From Candidatus Babelota bacterium (GTDB lineage Bacteria > Babelota > Babeliae > Babelales > JAUPTZ01), in contig JAUPTZ010000013.1 in assembly GCA_030917815.1 (NCBI GenBank), positions 3,109 to 67,108 on the forward strand: DNA of 64,000 bases, written 5' to 3'. Below the pieces are notes generated by a model. The model searched no databases and was not told where the DNA came from. It saw only the letters and a program-made list of their open reading frames with translations. The first letter of the stretch is position 1, and each line of letters opens with the position of its first letter. The position numbers and the translations under genes were made by a program. Of the stretch, positions 39,253 through 49,190 are shown one piece after another.

Positions 39253-41499
39253 ATGCCAAAACTCCTCATTGTTGAATCACCTGCCAAGATAAAAACCATC
39301 GGTAAATTCTTGGGAAAGGAGTTCAAGATCATGTCCACTTTTGGCCATGTCAAAGATTTACCACCTCATAAAATTGGGGTCACCATAACCACCGACAACC
39401 ACATCGACCTTGAATATGTACCCCTCGCCGATAAAGCCGATACGATCGCACAAATTTGCAAGCAAGCACGGCAATGTGATGAAGTCTTTCTCGCATCAGA
39501 CCCTGACCGTGAAGGAGAAATTATTTCTTGGCACATTGGTCAAGAAATAGCCAAGGTACTTAAGAACGGGCAAATCCATCGCATAACATTCAACGAAATT
39601 ACCAAAACGGCCGTTGAGCAGGCTATAGCCGATAAGCGCAGTGTTGATGAGAACAAAGTGCATGCACAGCAGGCACGCCGGGTTCTTGATCGCTGGGTTG
39701 GTTATGAGGTCTCTCCTATTTTATGGAAAAAGATCACCAAAGGGCTTTCGGCCGGTCGAGTACAATCGGTTGGTTTGATGCTAGTCTGCATTCGTGAAGA
39801 TGAAATTACCTCGTTTAAGGTAGAAGAATATTGGTCGATCCATGGCATTTTCACCATTGACGGGGAAACATTTGAGGCCGAATTGGCCCGCGTTAAAGGC
39901 AAGAAGCCAACGCTGGAAACCAAAGAAGTGGTTGATGCCATTATTGCACAGCTCAAAAATACGGCCTATGCCATTAGCAAAGTCACCGACAAGAAGCGAC
40001 TGAAACAACCGGCGCCACCGTTTATGACCAGTTCATTACAACAAGATGCGTTCAATAAGCTTGGTTTCTCGGTTGACCGCACTATGCAGATTGCGCAAAA
40101 ACTCTACGAAGGTCTGCCGCTTCGCGATAAAGATAATCCAGAAGCGCTCATCACCTATATGCGTACCGACTCGCTACGCATCTCCGATACGGCCATGACC
40201 GATGTCCGTGATTACATTAAAACAACGTTTGGCTCTAAGTACTTACCTTCAAAAAGCCGCCAATTTGAGGCCAAAGGTGCATCACAAGATGCCCACGAAG
40301 CGGTACGCCCTATTGATGTAAAACATACACCAGAAAAAGTTGGTCCGTATTTGAGCACCGAACAAGCAAAGCTCTATGAGCTTATTTGGAAACGGTTTGT
40401 TGCCAGTCAAATGGAAGCGGCCGAATATTTCCAACGCACCGTACAAATTGAAGGTGGTGATTATGAGTTCCGCACCACCGGATCAACACTTATGTTTGAC
40501 GGTTTTTTAAACGTCTACCTAGCTGAAGAAGATGAAGAAGAAAAATCGGCAACCATTCCAAAATCAGTAGCTGACGGCAAAGCGGTTGACCTGGCAAAAG
40601 GTGAAGGCAAACAACACTTTACCAAACCGCCAGCTCGCTATACACAGGCTACCCTGGTGAAAGAACTTAAAGAAAAAGATATTGGTCGCCCAAGTACCTA
40701 CGCCGCAATTCTGTCAACGCTCCAAAAACGTAACTACGTGACCGTTGATAACAAACGCTTTGCACCGTCGGAACTCGGCCGCTCCGTAAACAAACTCCTC
40801 ACTGAGCACCTTCCCGACATTATCAACGTTGACTTCACCGCAACTATGGAACAGTCACTCGATAAAATCGCTGAAGGCACCGTAGATCGTGATAGCGTTC
40901 TCCTCGCTTTTTACGCAAAGTTCAGTAAAGACCTGGAAGCGTTTGGTGGCGCTCCAGGGAAAAAGGAAGCACAAAAAACCGACCTCGTATGCCCAGAATG
41001 TGGAAAGTCGCTCTATATTCGCTTTGGCCGTGGCGGTGAATTTGTTGGATGTGAGGGTTTTCCCGACTGCACATTCACTAGCAATTATACTCGGGACGAA
41101 CAAGGGACCATTATGTTGACTGCAAACGAACCAAACCAACCGGAAACAACCGGCCTTAAATGCCCAAAATGTAGCAAAGAGATGGTAAAACGGATTGGCA
41201 AGTTTGGCCCATTCATTTCCTGCTCAGGCTATCCGGCCTGCAAACACATCCACCAAGAAACACTTAAAATGCCCTGCCCAAATTGCGGCAAAGCAATTGG
41301 CAAACGAGCCTGGCGCGGCGGCACCTTCTGGGGATGCACCGGTTACCCAACCTGCAAGTTCGCCGTTTTTAACGATGTACAAGAAACACCATGCCCAAAA
41401 TGCAATAGCCAGCCGTATCTAGTTATCAACAAAGGTAGAGATGGAAGCACCACGCTCTCCTGCCCAAGTAAAGAATGTGGTTATACGTCAAAAGATTAG
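39253..41499 (+). CDS. topA: DNA topoisomerase I
   Basis: Toprim start LLIVESPAKIKTI, active-site region ITYMRTDS, and four C-terminal CxxC...C zinc ribbons. Confidence 0.95.
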   Translation: MPKLLIVESPAKIKTIGKFLGKEFKIMSTFGHVKDLPPHKIGVTITTDNHIDLEYVPLADKADTIAQICKQARQCDEVFLASDPDREGEIISWHIGQEIAKVLKNGQIHRITFNEITKTAVEQAIADKRSVDENKVHAQQARRVLDRWVGYEVSPILWKKITKGLSAGRVQSVGLMLVCIREDEITSFKVEEYWSIHGIFTIDGETFEAELARVKGKKPTLETKEVVDAIIAQLKNTAYAISKVTDKKRLKQPAPPFMTSSLQQDAFNKLGFSVDRTMQIAQKLYEGLPLRDKDNPEALITYMRTDSLRISDTAMTDVRDYIKTTFGSKYLPSKSRQFEAKGASQDAHEAVRPIDVKHTPEKVGPYLSTEQAKLYELIWKRFVASQMEAAEYFQRTVQIEGGDYEFRTTGSTLMFDGFLNVYLAEEDEEEKSATIPKSVADGKAVDLAKGEGKQHFTKPPARYTQATLVKELKEKDIGRPSTYAAILSTLQKRNYVTVDNKRFAPSELGRSVNKLLTEHLPDIINVDFTATMEQSLDKIAEGTVDRDSVLLAFYAKFSKDLEAFGGAPGKKEAQKTDLVCPECGKSLYIRFGRGGEFVGCEGFPDCTFTSNYTRDEQGTIMLTANEPNQPETTGLKCPKCSKEMVKRIGKFGPFISCSGYPACKHIHQETLKMPCPNCGKAIGKRAWRGGTFWGCTGYPTCKFAVFNDVQETPCPKCNSQPYLVINKGRDGSTTLSCPSKECGYTSKD

Positions 41500-41520
41500 T
41501 AACCTTAGCTAAAAGAAAAA

Positions 41521-41543
41521 AGCCGTTCATGAACGGCTTTTTT
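41521..41543. terminator. Bidirectional intrinsic terminator
   Basis: Perfect 18-nt palindrome agccgttcatgaacggct flanked by an A-run and a T-run, between the convergent topA and the 41549 gene. Confidence 0.75.
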
Positions 41544-41548
41544 CTTTA

Positions 41549-42076
41549 TTACTCCTCGGCGAACACATCTATCGGATACGCAGCTTCATATTTAGAAAGG
41601 TATGCCTCCAGCGCTTGCCGCACTTGATAAAGATGCAAAAGCGCCGCCGGCTCCAAACTCTCTTGATCTCCGGTACTCAATAGCGCTAACAAATCATCGA
41701 TCGCAGCGTGACAAGATGATGCCATAACAAGTTGTACTTTCATACACTGGTTGATCTCCACACGAGCTTTATCTGGAGCAGTTGCTTGACTCGGTGTATC
41801 AATAAACACTCCGTTCATAAGACTATCAATAAAGAATGCCATATCTAAGTCTGCTATCATACATTTTGCTTCAAGATAGGTTTTGGCATCATACTTGAAC
41901 TCAAGATATTCATGATGCCGAAAAATATTCCCTACATCATGAACGAGACTCTCATACAATTGCTGACTGCTCATAACAAGCTCATCATGGCCAAAATCGC
42001 TTATAGAATCACTATCTGATGCATTGAGACCAATACTAAAAATTATCACTATTCCCCACAATAGCTTTTTATTCAT
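41549..42076 (-). CDS. Small secreted helical protein (T1)
   Basis: The likely start is MNKKLLWGIVIIFSIGLNA (signal peptide) at 42076; the track ORF extends further to 42256. Confidence 0.6.
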   Translation of the reverse strand: MNKKLLWGIVIIFSIGLNASDSDSISDFGHDELVMSSQQLYESLVHDVGNIFRHHEYLEFKYDAKTYLEAKCMIADLDMAFFIDSLMNGVFIDTPSQATAPDKARVEINQCMKVQLVMASSCHAAIDDLLALLSTGDQESLEPAALLHLYQVRQALEAYLSKYEAAYPIDVFAEE

Positions 42077-42267
42077 ACGTTCGATGCCTTTCGCTTTTGA
42101 GCATGCCCTAAAATGTCTGCTTACACACTGCGCCGCGGGGCGACCAGTGTAAACTCTAACTAAAAAAACAACCATACCGTAGGTATTTTTTCCACCTGGA
42201 CAAACCGGTATTATTGAGGCATCATGACCTTGCTGCTTATTAACCTTAAAGCACAAAGGTCACTCGT

Positions 42268-43308
42268 ATGAACAACTTAAGAACCCTAGTACGAACCGGT
42301 GTAACTATAGTAATAATAGCTTTGCTTGGTTGGTACACCTGGAAGCAAACCATAGCACAACCTCAATACACCATTGGGCTAGTCTATTGCCCTTCATTTC
42401 CGTTTCATGAATCTATCAATACCACTCTCATACAAAAGTTAAAAGCGGACGGCCGCTTTAAGATACAAACATTTGCGGTACCCACCGTCAACGATATGGT
42501 TATCGTCAATTCGATAGGTGGATCGGCATTAGAAAGCACGGCAGATGCTATCGTATCCACCGGCATCAGCTGCTCACAAGCCGTCACTCAATTATCACGC
42601 AAACGCAACTCTCTTAAACCGATTGTCTTTGTTGGAGTAAGCGATCCGGTAAGTTGTGGCATCATCTCCTCGCTTGAAAACCCTGGTGAAAACATCACCG
42701 GCATTAGCTCAAGCCTTCCGTACGATGACAACTTCAACGCAGCCAACCTGCTGATGGTGGTCAAACCAAACACGCGTCATGTATTGTTGCCCTACATAGC
42801 GACTGACAATGAATCTATGGCAAAAAATATCAAAACTACTTTAGCTTCTTATAGTGTCGCCACCACACTTCTCCCGGTTAACAATGAAACCGAAGCACTT
42901 ATGCGCATTACCGGCAAGCTTCTCGGCCATGACACACTGATGTATCTGGAAGACGATGGCTTAGCAGCACAGGGACCGGCAATGGGAAAATTAGCATCAC
43001 AACACAATGTCACTATGTTCGCCGGTTCTATCGACGGAGTAGAAAATGCGGCTCTTTCGTACGTTGCAAACCCGGCCTCTCTGGGAAATCACGCGTTCGA
43101 CCTGATAAAACAGGTGTTCCTCGATCGAAAAAATCGAAGCACTATCCCGGTACAATACGCGGTAATCAAGCGTAATTTGATTATCAACACCGCATTGTGC
43201 AAAGAACAAGGCCTCAAAGATATAAAGCTCTCCCTTACCCCGATTTTGGCACATATTCGCAGCGATGAGCGCTTTGCATTAATGCATGATAACATCATCG
43301 TGAAATAG
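42268..43308 (+). CDS. ABC-type substrate-binding protein (ABC_sub_bind/COG2984 type), membrane-anchored, orphan
   Basis: N-terminal TM helix. PIVFVGVSDPVSCGIISSLENPGENITGISS matches the family core. No permease or ATPase gene is adjacent. Confidence 0.7.
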   Translation: MNNLRTLVRTGVTIVIIALLGWYTWKQTIAQPQYTIGLVYCPSFPFHESINTTLIQKLKADGRFKIQTFAVPTVNDMVIVNSIGGSALESTADAIVSTGISCSQAVTQLSRKRNSLKPIVFVGVSDPVSCGIISSLENPGENITGISSSLPYDDNFNAANLLMVVKPNTRHVLLPYIATDNESMAKNIKTTLASYSVATTLLPVNNETEALMRITGKLLGHDTLMYLEDDGLAAQGPAMGKLASQHNVTMFAGSIDGVENAALSYVANPASLGNHAFDLIKQVFLDRKNRSTIPVQYAVIKRNLIINTALCKEQGLKDIKLSLTPILAHIRSDERFALMHDNIIVK

Positions 43309-43322
43309 AGAAGCCGACAACA

Positions 43323-43796
43323 CTAGCAGCTTTTAAAGGCACTCCCAAAAGTCTTCACTAGAACAGAAAGGTGCTCGACGATTTTCTGGGCATCGCTCTC
43401 TTGCGATGATTTCCCCGCTAGGGCCAAGGCCTGCAAAAGAATCCCGCCTGCCCTGCTCATGAGATCAACCATCTTCTGGTGAATATCGGCATACGCCTCG
43501 GGCACTGCAACTCTTATTATCCCTTTTTGCTCAGCCAGAAGCCGCGCCTTAAAGTAGTTGAGATTCGTATCACCTGAATTTATAAGTGAAGAAAGTGTTT
43601 CCACAAGTTGAGTATATTGCGCAGCAACGTCCGCATACGAAGCCTGAGTAGGATAAGCCATATACACAGGCATCCCATCAACAATAGGTGCACTCGCCAT
43701 CACCCCATATGTGGCCATTTTTTCATCGGCACAATCCATCGCATACGCAGCAACGCCCATACTGACACACAAACCAAAAACTACCTTTTTCATCAT
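43323..43796 (-). CDS. Small secreted helical protein (T2)
   Basis: MMKKVVFGLCVSMGVAAYA signal peptide, with AAGGAA 6 nt upstream of the ATG at 43796. Confidence 0.6.
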   Translation of the reverse strand: MMKKVVFGLCVSMGVAAYAMDCADEKMATYGVMASAPIVDGMPVYMAYPTQASYADVAAQYTQLVETLSSLINSGDTNLNYFKARLLAEQKGIIRVAVPEAYADIHQKMVDLMSRAGGILLQALALAGKSSQESDAQKIVEHLSVLVKTFGSAFKSC

Positions 43797-43873
43797 ATGG
43801 TATTCCTTAATGCAGATTAAAATAGAAGAGGCAGTAGCACCGTACAACACCGCCACCTCTTCAAAAAAAGTAT

Positions 43874-44320
43874 TTAGCCTTCTATCTCAGCATTATGCGC
43901 ATTAATCACTTGCCATAACAATGTGTGCCACGCAGTAAGAAAATCCCTATCTTCCTGCGATAAGGAATCGTGATAGTACTGATTCAGCTGGCAAATATAG
44001 GCCGTGGCAACCCGTGCATAGGCTAAGCGCTCCTCATGCCCAAGATCCACAGCCTGTATTGCAAACAACACGAGCCTCAATGAGGTTTGCAAGAATGTAA
44101 AGCTCGGCACTTCGTTGGCCAGTACAAGTGGCACCGCAGTCCTTGGCGCCATGCGTGGCGGCGTTTCTTTTTGTGGAATGCCCCGACGACCGGCTGGAGA
44201 CCCTGGCGCACCGGCCGGAATTACCTGATAATTTTCGGCCATGGGCACATCGTTATCCATTGCACATACCGTAGCAACGCCGGTGCACAACAGTAGCACA
44301 CTGCAAAGATTTTTTAACAT
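43874..44320 (-). CDS. Small secreted protein with Pro-rich linker (T3)
   Basis: MLKNLCSVLLLCTGVATVCA signal peptide, then PAGAPGSPAGRRGIPQKETPPRMAPR, then a helical C-terminal half. Confidence 0.6.
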   Translation of the reverse strand: MLKNLCSVLLLCTGVATVCAMDNDVPMAENYQVIPAGAPGSPAGRRGIPQKETPPRMAPRTAVPLVLANEVPSFTFLQTSLRLVLFAIQAVDLGHEERLAYARVATAYICQLNQYYHDSLSQEDRDFLTAWHTLLWQVINAHNAEIEG

Positions 44321-44465
44321 ACGTATAATTCCTTATTCATTACCTGATGAAATGAGTAAAAACATACGGCTTTAAGATTCTATGAAACATGATCAGAGGG
44401 GGAAAATATACTATCAAGATTTCATGATAGAAAACAACAGTTAACCGCAGCACCCCTAAAAAGAT

Positions 44466-45080
44466 CTAACAACCAAACACTTCACGATACCGCTTAACCC
44501 GGCCTGAAACGATAAGGTCGCTGGCATATTTAGCATCAATCATGCTCAGTGCGTTGGCACCTAAAACAGAAATACAGGCATCATAGAACAATCGCATGAG
44601 CGCAAAAATGATGCGTCGACGCGATTCTGCAAATGAAAGCGGTATTTCCACCGAATCGGCCACTGCCGGAGAAGCATCACTGAAAAGCCGCCGCACGCAA
44701 GACTTGGTAGCGACATTCAAACGCATTCCTTGCTTCGCAACTTGCGGATGTCGATGATACTCATCACGATAGGCTACATACTTTGCAGAAAGGAAGCTAA
44801 GACTATTCCAAGCGGCCACCACATCGGCTTCTGCACGCATATTGTAGATCACCATAAATGCCTCACCAGCTTGCTCAACCGCTTGCTTTGCCTCTGCATA
44901 AGGAGATAGTGGTGACCCCGGTTCTTCTACAACCGCCGTGACGCCAACCGGATTAGGCGCACACACAAAAAAGGTAAATATACGCCGCATGGTAAGCTCA
45001 TCACACGAAACATCACCGGCCCATGTAACCGAATGCAAGGCACACGTAGCAAATACCGCCAAAAATAGTTTTTTATACAT
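44466..45080 (-). CDS. Small secreted helical protein (T4)
   Basis: MYKKLFLAVFATCALHSVTWA signal peptide; start at 45080. Confidence 0.6.
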   Translation of the reverse strand: MYKKLFLAVFATCALHSVTWAGDVSCDELTMRRIFTFFVCAPNPVGVTAVVEEPGSPLSPYAEAKQAVEQAGEAFMVIYNMRAEADVVAAWNSLSFLSAKYVAYRDEYHRHPQVAKQGMRLNVATKSCVRRLFSDASPAVADSVEIPLSFAESRRRIIFALMRLFYDACISVLGANALSMIDAKYASDLIVSGRVKRYREVFGC

Positions 45081-45213
45081 ACAAAAATTCCCCAATGCAT
45101 TTTCTAAAATACATACGGCTGTGTATAAGAAACTCTGGGACGGCGGAGTGTATCATAGAGAAAAAAAATAAGCGCACTTTTACATGCGCCTATTTTTTTA
45201 CGGTAAGTAGCTA

Positions 45214-46002
45214 CTAAAAGGTGAATGCTGCGTCAGGAGATTCTGCACGATCAAGCAGCCCAGGCTCAGGCAATGCGCCAAGCACCTCCTGAAGTAACGG
45301 ACCATACACCGCTTTAACTTTTCCAGCGAAAGTGCCCTTTTTTCTGGCATACGCCTCATACTCTCCTCTAAATTCCTCAGCAAAAGCTTTAAACTTCAAC
45401 TCTTCCCCAGACTTCCAAGATGCCGCAACACATGCAGAGTATAACGCCGGCAAATGCTTCGCCTGCGAAAAACGGTTAATCAGGCCCTGATACGCGATGC
45501 AATGTTCCGATAGAACCATATATACATCTTGGCAGAGTTGAAGCGCGCTTTTAAGAAACTCCACCATCTCATCTAACGTACAATCAAAACGCTTAGCAGA
45601 CCGAGGATCCAAGATATATATCATACAAGTTTCATCGATGAGCCGCATTAAATGCCCGCCATATTCAGCATGCCCCACAGAGCTGTCATAAAGACAGCCG
45701 CTCAAGTAATCGCTTAATTCTTCGCGGCCTCTCTCTGTTTCTTTTGCATAGAGTTGTTGCGGCGCCGCAACCAATGCAGCGAGATGCTGCATCTGCTTTG
45801 TTGTAAAATCGCGTCCACGTTTTGCTACCGCTGCCATTACTTTATCAACACGCTTCCTGAGTACCTTTTTTCGTGAAGACATCTTTTTTGTCTCTCCTGC
45901 AGATGAAGATACAACCGGAGAAATTGGCTCACTCGATGCACTGGCCAACACAGTGCCCCCAACACTAACCATAATCAACGCACTTACTATTATTTTGTAC
46001 AC
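45214..46002 (-). CDS. Secreted hypothetical protein (T5)
   Basis: GTG start at 46002 with AAGGGA 7 nt upstream. Signal-like YKIIVSALIMVSVGGTVLASA. Confidence 0.6.
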   Translation of the reverse strand: MYKIIVSALIMVSVGGTVLASASSEPISPVVSSSAGETKKMSSRKKVLRKRVDKVMAAVAKRGRDFTTKQMQHLAALVAAPQQLYAKETERGREELSDYLSGCLYDSSVGHAEYGGHLMRLIDETCMIYILDPRSAKRFDCTLDEMVEFLKSALQLCQDVYMVLSEHCIAYQGLINRFSQAKHLPALYSACVAASWKSGEELKFKAFAEEFRGEYEAYARKKGTFAGKVKAVYGPLLQEVLGALPEPGLLDRAESPDAAFTF

Positions 46003-46090
46003 GCACGTGTCCCTTATTCATGAAGTTTATTAAGTAGATGGCTACGCCGCAGCGCTTGGGGAAACGAATTATAGAGAAAAATAAAACTAA

Positions 46091-46840
46091 TTAAACTTTT
46101 TTCGGCACTTCTGCCAAAAGACCATTAATATAGACTATCGCTTGCATAACTCTTTCAGTAAGCAAAGTAGTCAGCTTGGTAAACTCGTTCGTTAGCCGCA
46201 TCCCGGTACGTTGGCATTCATCATACTGCAACACCATACAGGCTTGAAACTCTCTTTTATACGCACGGGCGATACCAAGAAGCTTGGTCAAGGCACTGCT
46301 CTTGCTACACCTTCCCGCAGTACGGTAAGCGCTGTCGCTTTGCCTATATTCCCACTCTAAATCCAGAACCAGTTGCCATCGCTCGCGAAGAGTAAGCACC
46401 TCTGTAAGCATAGCGAGAACATCATGTTCATCTACGCCGCAGCGAGCTACTACTAATCTAGTAATGACTTTAATTAATGCAGCACGCTTCTCATCGTCCT
46501 CTGGAAAGTACACACAGAGACCAGTAAGACACCGCACGACTGCCAAAAGCTCTTCATCTTTAAAGCGTAAATCGGCCACTGCTCGCATAAATCCATACTG
46601 CTCAAACTGCATGAATACACCTTCAGCCACTTCACTCAAGTTTGTAGCCGCTTGTGGTTCAGCTACATGCCTAGCCACTACCGTCATGTCGGCCAGAAGC
46701 TTTGAGTAATCGACTTCCTTAGTAAAGACCGTTAACGATGGAGTGAGTTCCCCTGAGACGGATGAAGGAGAGTCAGCCGCGCTCAATCCATGAGCTAGGG
46801 CACACGAACATGCCAGTATCATCAGTATTTTTCTATGCAT
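46091..46840 (-). CDS. Secreted hypothetical protein (T6)
   Basis: MHRKILMILACSCALAHGLSA signal peptide with a helical body. Confidence 0.6.
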   Translation of the reverse strand: MHRKILMILACSCALAHGLSAADSPSSVSGELTPSLTVFTKEVDYSKLLADMTVVARHVAEPQAATNLSEVAEGVFMQFEQYGFMRAVADLRFKDEELLAVVRCLTGLCVYFPEDDEKRAALIKVITRLVVARCGVDEHDVLAMLTEVLTLRERWQLVLDLEWEYRQSDSAYRTAGRCSKSSALTKLLGIARAYKREFQACMVLQYDECQRTGMRLTNEFTKLTTLLTERVMQAIVYINGLLAEVPKKV

Positions 46841-46916
46841 ACATACTTTCTTTTTTCTGCTCTAAACATACTACAACGCACGGCTGCATAAAAAAATTAC
46901 TGGGAGCGCGAATCTA

Positions 46917-48398
46917 TCACATATAGAAAGAAAAAAGAATGATTTGAACAATAACCCATACCACATCACCGGCTAAAACGCCGGACCAAAACAATGTGCT
47001 TTTCGCCACCCGACGCGTTATCGCACGAATGCCCGCACCGCAGGCAAGTGCAATAATCAAACCATTGGGCATAATAAGACCACCAAATACCATCGCTGCG
47101 TTAATACCTAAGCGATCAAGAAGAAAACCCAGCGCAATACCAAGAAGGACAATCGTCGTATTAAATTGAAAAGTGTTCATCAATAATGCCCGTGAGATTC
47201 CCCGATGCGCAATCAATGGAGAGACACCAAGCGTGAAATGGGTACATAATAGCCAGATAAGGACTCCAATACTCATCGCAGTAATAGCGACTCCATAGTA
47301 TTGTGCACGACGTAACGTTGGCTCATCAATGCCACACTGCTGAGCAATTTTGTAGGAAAACAAACTATCAACAAGCACTCCGCCCGCAATACCAATCAAC
47401 GTACAGGCAATAACCACCGAAACACCCGACACCCCCGGAATACACATCAACGGAATCATAGCAATCGTCATGTAACGACCATAGGTGGCAAGGCCAGTAT
47501 GCGCCGCAAGATCACCTAAATGCCGCAGCAACGGCACTAAAATAATCGCAAAAAAACAAACCCCGGCCAGAGACATATTAAAGTAGTAACAGAGACCGGC
47601 CACCAGCACTCCACTCCACAAATCGGTTTTTCTCAATACCGCCAGAGTTGTTGCTCTTAAAGAAACTATAGAACGCATCGGATGATAGACAAACGGCTTT
47701 ATAAAACTACTCACTAAGAGGCCACTACACAACGCAAACGTCACATCAAGCGTTGAAAGCGCTGGATAGCATTGCCCCAGTGGCGCCACCACCACATATT
47801 TACCGGCCATTCCCACCAACATAGGCATTACAATACTTGTGCCGGCCAGAAACCCGGCCGCCCAACAAACCGGTGACAGCCCAAGTGCCCAAAAATAGTT
47901 AGCGCACCCGGTTGCCATTGCGCACAAGATTCCGCCGCCAAAAATACCGGCTTCAAGTGGACCATAAGAACTTGCAATGGCGCTCGTAACGGCCGCACTT
48001 ACCGGAAACGGTGTCGCATCATGCAGCAATGCCGGCACCGCATGCTTTGCAATGCGGATGCCAAGAATGCCGGCCGATAATACCAGCACTGCCATGAGCG
48101 CGCAAAACCAAAGCGGTGCAGCCATCCAACTCGCCCACAGGGCTGGGTCAATAAAATAAAGCGTAGGAAGCGAGAATCCAATGCCGGTGGCAATAGCACC
48201 TCCAAACGAGGCGGTAATAGTTATCAGGGCAATAGTGCGACTTTCAAGTCGCTTAAAAGAGAATGATCCACCCAACCGCACCATCATGACAATCATTGGC
48301 CCAATCCAGGGCCCCAACCCGGTCGCTAACGAAACATACAATAAGATAGCAGCCGAAAAAACCGTCAACACTGCCGAAAAAATAAGCGTAGATAGCAT
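46917..48398 (-). CDS. Polytopic transporter-like membrane protein (possibly OPT-superfamily)
   Basis: 493 aa with about 14 hydrophobic segments. The N-terminal pattern resembles bacterial OPT proteins, but I cannot verify family membership. Confidence 0.45.
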   Translation of the reverse strand: MLSTLIFSAVLTVFSAAILLYVSLATGLGPWIGPMIVMMVRLGGSFSFKRLESRTIALITITASFGGAIATGIGFSLPTLYFIDPALWASWMAAPLWFCALMAVLVLSAGILGIRIAKHAVPALLHDATPFPVSAAVTSAIASSYGPLEAGIFGGGILCAMATGCANYFWALGLSPVCWAAGFLAGTSIVMPMLVGMAGKYVVVAPLGQCYPALSTLDVTFALCSGLLVSSFIKPFVYHPMRSIVSLRATTLAVLRKTDLWSGVLVAGLCYYFNMSLAGVCFFAIILVPLLRHLGDLAAHTGLATYGRYMTIAMIPLMCIPGVSGVSVVIACTLIGIAGGVLVDSLFSYKIAQQCGIDEPTLRRAQYYGVAITAMSIGVLIWLLCTHFTLGVSPLIAHRGISRALLMNTFQFNTTIVLLGIALGFLLDRLGINAAMVFGGLIMPNGLIIALACGAGIRAITRRVAKSTLFWSGVLAGDVVWVIVQIILFSFYM

Positions 48399-48479
48399 GC
48401 GAATGTTCCTTTAAAACCGGTAAAATGCTCTGTAGGCTACCATACCTAAAAAAAATTTACGCTGAAATGCATTTTTCTA

Positions 48480-48508
48480 AAGACAATCGTTTTTTTATTG
48501 ATTATAAT
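48480..48508 (+). promoter_or_regulatory. Sigma70-type promoter of the tRNA-Arg/Ser/Ser cluster
   Basis: AAGACA-17 nt-TATAAT, 21 nt upstream of the tRNA-Arg 5-prime end. Confidence 0.5.
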
Positions 48509-48529
48509 CACACCTCGTTTTGAAATTTT

Positions 48530-48606
48530 GCGCCCATAGCTCAATTGGATAGAGTACCAGACTACGAATCTGGCGGTTATAGGTTCGACTCCTATTGGGC
48601 GCACCA
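48530..48606 (+). tRNA. tRNA-Arg (anticodon ACG)
   Basis: Acceptor GCGCCCA/TGGGCGC, anticodon stem CCAGA/TCTGG with loop CTACGAA, T-loop TTCGACT, encoded CCA. Confidence 0.9.
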
Positions 48607-48750
48607 ATTTACGCCAACGCGCCTGTGCCAAAGGCTCGGCACGTTGAGGCTTCAGCAGGCTACGCCGTTAAAGGCGCTCGCTGCTTGCCCGAAGATGTCT
48701 TTGAAAAACATTGAATTGTTGTTACACATGCGGTATAACGCATGTGTTGC
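48607..48750. repeat. Hairpin-rich spacer, probably related to the repeat family
   Basis: Hairpins gtgcc-aaaggctc-ggcac, agcag..cgcc-gttaaa-ggcg..ctgct and acacatgcg-gtataa-cgcatgtgt. Contains the family word acattgaattg (also at 13820 and, on the reverse strand, at 28848). Confidence 0.5.
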
Positions 48751-48842
48751 GGAGAGGTGGCTGAGTGGTCGAAAGCGCGCGCCTGCTAAGTGTGTATACT
48801 CGTAATTGGGTATCGAGGGTTCGAATCCCTCCCTCTCCACCA
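48751..48842 (+). tRNA. tRNA-Ser (anticodon GCT)
   Basis: Acceptor GGAGAGG/CCTCTCC, anticodon loop CTGCTAA, long variable arm, T-loop TTCGAAT, encoded CCA. Confidence 0.9.
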
Positions 48843-49102
48843 TCCTGCGCCGCTAAAGCGCAAGACAGATGGTGTCCGCCAAAGCTCCGATAGAGGAGCG
48901 CAGGAGGACCTGGCAGGTATCAGCTTCGCCATATGCTCGCTGATACCAAAAACAACCTCATCCATATATAGTACATTAAGCGACTGCGAGAGCATGCTCG
49001 TGGCAGACGCTGTGGCGGCACAGTCCGCCGGCAAAATTAACGTCAGCCGACACGTCGACGTCGGCACATCCCGCGGAGCGAGCAGCTCCTGCGAGTAACG
49101 AG
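48843..49102. repeat. Repeat-family composite filling the gap between the two tRNA-Ser genes
   Basis: The hairpin tcctgcgc...gcgcagga starts at the first base after CCA. gcgcaagacagatgg matches 30105-30119. 49026-49102 parallels 9596-9671. Confidence 0.8.
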
Positions 49103-49190
49103 GGAGAGATGGCAGAGCGGTTGAATGCGACGGTCTTGAAAACCGTTATGTTGAAAGGCATCGGGGGTTCGAATCCCTCTCTCTCCACCA
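49103..49190 (+). tRNA. tRNA-Ser (anticodon TGA)
   Basis: Acceptor GGAGAGA/TCTCTCC, anticodon loop CTTGAAA, long variable arm, T-loop TTCGAAT, encoded CCA. Confidence 0.9.
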
